From assembly GCA_034189805.1 (NCBI GenBank), contig JAXHUC010000042.1, positions 8,726 to 22,010 of the forward strand: a stretch of 13,285 nucleotides of DNA, read 5' to 3'. The DNA is from Cyanobacteriota bacterium (GTDB lineage: Bacteria > Cyanobacteriota > Cyanobacteriia > Cyanobacteriales > Geitlerinemataceae). The notes below the pieces were generated by a model that made no database searches, was not told the origin of the DNA, and saw nothing but the letters and a program-made list of their open reading frames with translations. Position numbers and translations under genes: made by a program. Every line of letters begins with the position of its first letter. The stretch's first letter is position 1. Positions 10,658 through 13,285 of the stretch are shown here, one piece after another.

Positions 10658-13285
10658 ATGGCAGGCAACGCATCACGATCGCTCCAAGTTTCTCCAGAAA
10701 AGTTTCCCCTCATCGAAAAAGCACTGTTGCAATTTCCCTCAAAACGGGATTTGGCAGCGCAGTTGGGAATGTCGCCGAACACCGTTACCAATTTTTTTAA
10801 AGGTCGAAACGTACAACGTCAGAAGTTTCACCGGATTTGTAAAAAGCTCAAAGTGGACTGGCGGGAAGTTGCGGGGATTGCGGAAGTCGAGGAGAAAGAC
10901 AATTCGCAACCAGAGGCTACCCCAGAAACTCCCCTAGAAACAGAACCGATTCGGCAGATACCCCACAATATCCCCAGGGAAGGGAAGGCGGGATTTTTCG
11001 GACGGGAGGAGGAACTGGGGGAGTTGCGGCGACGGTTGCGCGAGGAGAAACAAGTTGCGATCGCAGCCGTTGCCGGAATGGGGGGTATGGGGAAAACGGA
11101 ACTCGCCGTTCGCTACGCACGCAAGTATCTTTCGGTATATCCCGGTGGGGTGTGCTGGATTGACTGTCGGGGAATCCCTGGGTTGCAAATCGTCGATTGG
11201 GTACGGGAAAAGTACCAGCTTGCACCACACGAAGAGTCTCAGTTGTCAGCACGGGAGGATTTGGCAGCACGAGTGCGATGGTGTTGGGACTACTTAGCCA
11301 GCCTCCCCACTCTGGTGGTTTTCGATGATGTCAGCCATTACTCGCAGCAGGTGGCGCAATATTTGCCGACGGATTCACTTCAAACCGGGGGAATTGAGGT
11401 GCTGCTGACGACGCGGTTGGATTTGGGAATCGAGCAGTTGTCGTTGAACGAGTTGCAGCCTCTGGCGGCGTTGGAGTTGCTGCGGGAAGTTTCGGTAAAG
11501 CAGGAGAAGGGGCAACTCGCGGGGATAGAACGGTTGGCGTGCGATGTGGCAACTCGGCAAGATGATGCCTCGGCGCTGTGCGAGTGGTTGGGATATTTGC
11601 CTTTGGGGTTGGAGTTAGCAGGGCGGTATTTGGCGCGGCAATCGGATTTGTCGTTTGGGAAGATGCTGGCGCGGTTGCAGAAGAAGGGGTTGGCGCACAA
11701 GGCGCTGATGGGGGATGAAACCACCGACCCCACTTGGACGCTAGCGGCAAAACGGGGAGTGGCAGCCGCGTTTGAGTTGAGTTGGGAAGGGTTGGATGAG
11801 AAAGCAAGAGTGCTGGGGTGTCAGTTGAGTTTGTACGCACCAGTGCGGTTGGGGTTTCTCTCTCGTGAAGTGTTAGAGGAGTGGCTGGAGGATGAAGATG
11901 CGGCAGAAGACTGGGTAGAGGCGAGAGGGGAACTGGAGAAACACCATTTGCTGCAAGCCGAAGATGGGGGATATCGGTTCCATCCCCTGATTCGGGAGTT
12001 TTTTGCCCTCAAGCGAGGAGAATATCCGGAGGCGGAGGAGTGGCAGCAGCAATTTATCGCGCAGATGGTGGCAGTGGCACGGAAAATTCCCGAGACACCG
12101 ACGCGAGCGGAGATTCAAAGCCTGGAACCGCAGATTCCTCATTTGGTGGAGGTGGCAGAGCGGTGGGTGGGGGAAGTTGACGATGAGGATGTGATTACGC
12201 TATTCACGCGGCTAGGTCGGTTTTATCAAGGTCAGGGATTCTACTCCCTCGCCGAACCTTGGTATAAAACTTGCCGAGATATGGTTTGCAAACGTCTGGG
12301 AAACAACCACCCCGATGTCGCCACCTCCCTCAACAACCTCGCCTCACTCTACTTTTCCCAAGGGCGGTACGAAGATGCCGAACCCCTTTACCTAGATGCC
12401 CTGGCACTGCGACGAAAACTCCTGGGAGAGAACCACCCCGATGTCGCCACCTCCCTCAACAACCTCGCCTCACTCTACTTTTCCCAAGGGCGGTACGAAG
12501 AAGCCGAACCCCTCCACCAAGATGCCCTGGCACTGCGACGAAAACTCCTGGGAGAGAACCACCCCGATGTCGCCACCTCCCTCAACAACCTCGCCTCACT
12601 CTACTTTTCCCAAGGGCGGTACGAAGAAGCCGAACCCCTTTACCAAGATGCCCTGACACTGATACGAAAACTCCTGGGAAACGAGCATCCCCATGTCGCC
12701 ACCTCCCTCAACAACCTCGCCTACCTCTACTCTTCCCAAGGGCGGTACGAAGATGCCGAACCCCTTTACCTAGATGCCCTGGCACTGCGACGAAAACTCC
12801 TCGGAGACAACCACCCCGATGTCGCCTCCTCCCTCAACAACCTCGCCGGACTCTACTCTTCCCAAGGGCGGTACGAGGATGCCGAACCCCTTTTACAAGA
12901 TGCCCTGGCACTGCGACGAGAACTCCTCGGGGACAACCATCCCGATGTCGCCTCCTCCCTCAACAACCTCGCCGAACTTTACCGTTCTCAAGGGCGGTAC
13001 GAGGATGCCGAACCCCTTTTACAAGATGCCCTGGCACTGTGGCGAAAACTCCTGGGAGAAGACCACCCCCATGTCGCCTCCTCCCTCAACAACCTCGCTG
13101 AACTCTACCGTTGCCAAGGGCGGTACGAAGATGCCGAACCCCTTTACCTAGATGCCCTGACACTGGTACGAAAACTCCTGGGAAACGAGCATCCCCATGT
13201 CGCCACCTCCCTCAACAACCTCGCCGGACTCTACAAATCCCAAGGGCGGTACGAAGATGCCGAACCCCTTTACCTAGATGCCCTG
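10658..13285 (+). CDS. HTH - NB-ARC (STAND/AP-ATPase) - TPR protein, NLR-like; 3' end lies beyond the window (876 codons visible)
   Basis: Absent from the supplied track because it has no stop in the window. Hand translation of + frame 2 gives TGA at 10646-10648, the first ATG at 10658, then an open frame to 13285. Motifs: HTH-like KRDLAAQLGMSPNTVTNFFKG (10742-10804); FFGREEELGELRRRL; P-loop GMGGMGKT (11075-11098); Walker B LVVFDDV (11312-11332); LLTTR (11402-11416); GYLPLGLE (11591-11614); FHPLIREF at the MHD-like position (11978-12001). Then come one degenerate and at least 8 canonical kinesin-light-chain-type TPRs (LGxxHPxVAxSLNNLAxLYxSQGRYExAEPLxxDALxLxRKL). Confidence 0.9.
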   Translation, partial: MAGNASRSLQVSPEKFPLIEKALLQFPSKRDLAAQLGMSPNTVTNFFKGRNVQRQKFHRICKKLKVDWREVAGIAEVEEKDNSQPEATPETPLETEPIRQIPHNIPREGKAGFFGREEELGELRRRLREEKQVAIAAVAGMGGMGKTELAVRYARKYLSVYPGGVCWIDCRGIPGLQIVDWVREKYQLAPHEESQLSAREDLAARVRWCWDYLASLPTLVVFDDVSHYSQQVAQYLPTDSLQTGGIEVLLTTRLDLGIEQLSLNELQPLAALELLREVSVKQEKGQLAGIERLACDVATRQDDASALCEWLGYLPLGLELAGRYLARQSDLSFGKMLARLQKKGLAHKALMGDETTDPTWTLAAKRGVAAAFELSWEGLDEKARVLGCQLSLYAPVRLGFLSREVLEEWLEDEDAAEDWVEARGELEKHHLLQAEDGGYRFHPLIREFFALKRGEYPEAEEWQQQFIAQMVAVARKIPETPTRAEIQSLEPQIPHLVEVAERWVGEVDDEDVITLFTRLGRFYQGQGFYSLAEPWYKTCRDMVCKRLGNNHPDVATSLNNLASLYFSQGRYEDAEPLYLDALALRRKLLGENHPDVATSLNNLASLYFSQGRYEEAEPLHQDALALRRKLLGENHPDVATSLNNLASLYFSQGRYEEAEPLYQDALTLIRKLLGNEHPHVATSLNNLAYLYSSQGRYEDAEPLYLDALALRRKLLGDNHPDVASSLNNLAGLYSSQGRYEDAEPLLQDALALRRELLGDNHPDVASSLNNLAELYRSQGRYEDAEPLLQDALALWRKLLGEDHPHVASSLNNLAELYRCQGRYEDAEPLYLDALTLVRKLLGNEHPHVATSLNNLAGLYKSQGRYEDAEPLYLDAL
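12296..13285 (+). repeat. Tandem array of 126-bp (42-codon) TPR-encoding units, 7 complete plus 1 partial, continuing past the window
   Basis: Unit boundaries are 12296, 12422, 12548, 12674, 12800, 12926, 13052 and 13178. Units 1-3 differ at 5-6 of 126 nt (counted by eye). The stretch 12394-12513 recurs perfectly at 12520-12639. Confidence 0.95.

Noticed and set aside
10594-10937. Track ORFs 10594-10800 and 10614-10937 at the start of the STAND gene
   Set aside because: Both are in the wrong frames. Frame 2 from ATG 10658 yields an HTH-like domain that continues into the P-loop.
11331-12142. Antisense ORFs within the NB-ARC region (11331-11840 -, 11380-11733 -, 11821-12012 -, 11873-12142 -)
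   Set aside because: Their products are Pro/Thr/Ala-rich and low in complexity, and they lie opposite a strongly supported CDS.
12271-13151. Track ORFs 12271-13101 (276 aa, PRCRHLPQQPRLTLLF repeats), 12396-12656 and 12774-13151
   Set aside because: These are out-of-frame readings of the 126-bp TPR units. Frame 2 gives canonical TPR sequence contiguous with the NB-ARC domain, so these are repeat-induced artefacts.
12296-13285. Possible CRISPR array suggested by regular direct repeats
   Set aside because: The units abut without unique spacers, are 126 bp long and encode an in-frame TPR array. The G-rich octamer arrays likewise have no spacers. No cas genes are present.

Overview
Cyanobacterial chromosomal DNA: the HIP1 octamer GCGATCGC occurs at least 14 times (e.g. 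151-158, 2993-3000, 4322-4329, 4554-4561, 5658-5665, 11057-11064). The left third is a housekeeping block on the + strand: the 3' end of a DUF2344-like gene, a ~0.6 kb leader, rne (RNase E with the cyanobacterial C-terminal RRRRRRSSA tail), and rnhB overlapping rne by 1 nt. The rest (3.6-13.3 kb) is a chain of singleton accessory genes in alternating convergent and divergent orientation. These are an Rpn/PD-(D/E)XK-like protein with two DUF4351 modules (-), a membrane-anchored TPR-CHAT caspase-like protease (+), a GH108-type muramidase (-), a class I SAM methyltransferase (+) and a 58-aa membrane mini-protein below the ORF-track cutoff (-). The last gene is a large HTH-NB-ARC-TPR STAND/NLR-like ATPase (10658 to the window end, + frame 2). 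The supplied ORF track omits it because it has no stop inside the window. Its TPR array consists of nearly identical 126-bp units. Every intergenic gap in the accessory part carries members of a few repeat families. These are G-rich octamer/nonamer arrays with G-quadruplex potential, an ATGCAAAATT(AAAAATT)n element at all three convergent gene ends, and GGGCGGGTTT hairpins bounding an AT-rich MITE-like insert. I recognised no rRNA, tRNA or CRISPR array. The best candidate for something new is the HTH-STAND-TPR sensor with its divergently transcribed membrane mini-protein, next to the TPR-CHAT protease. All functional links between these genes are inference, not demonstrated.
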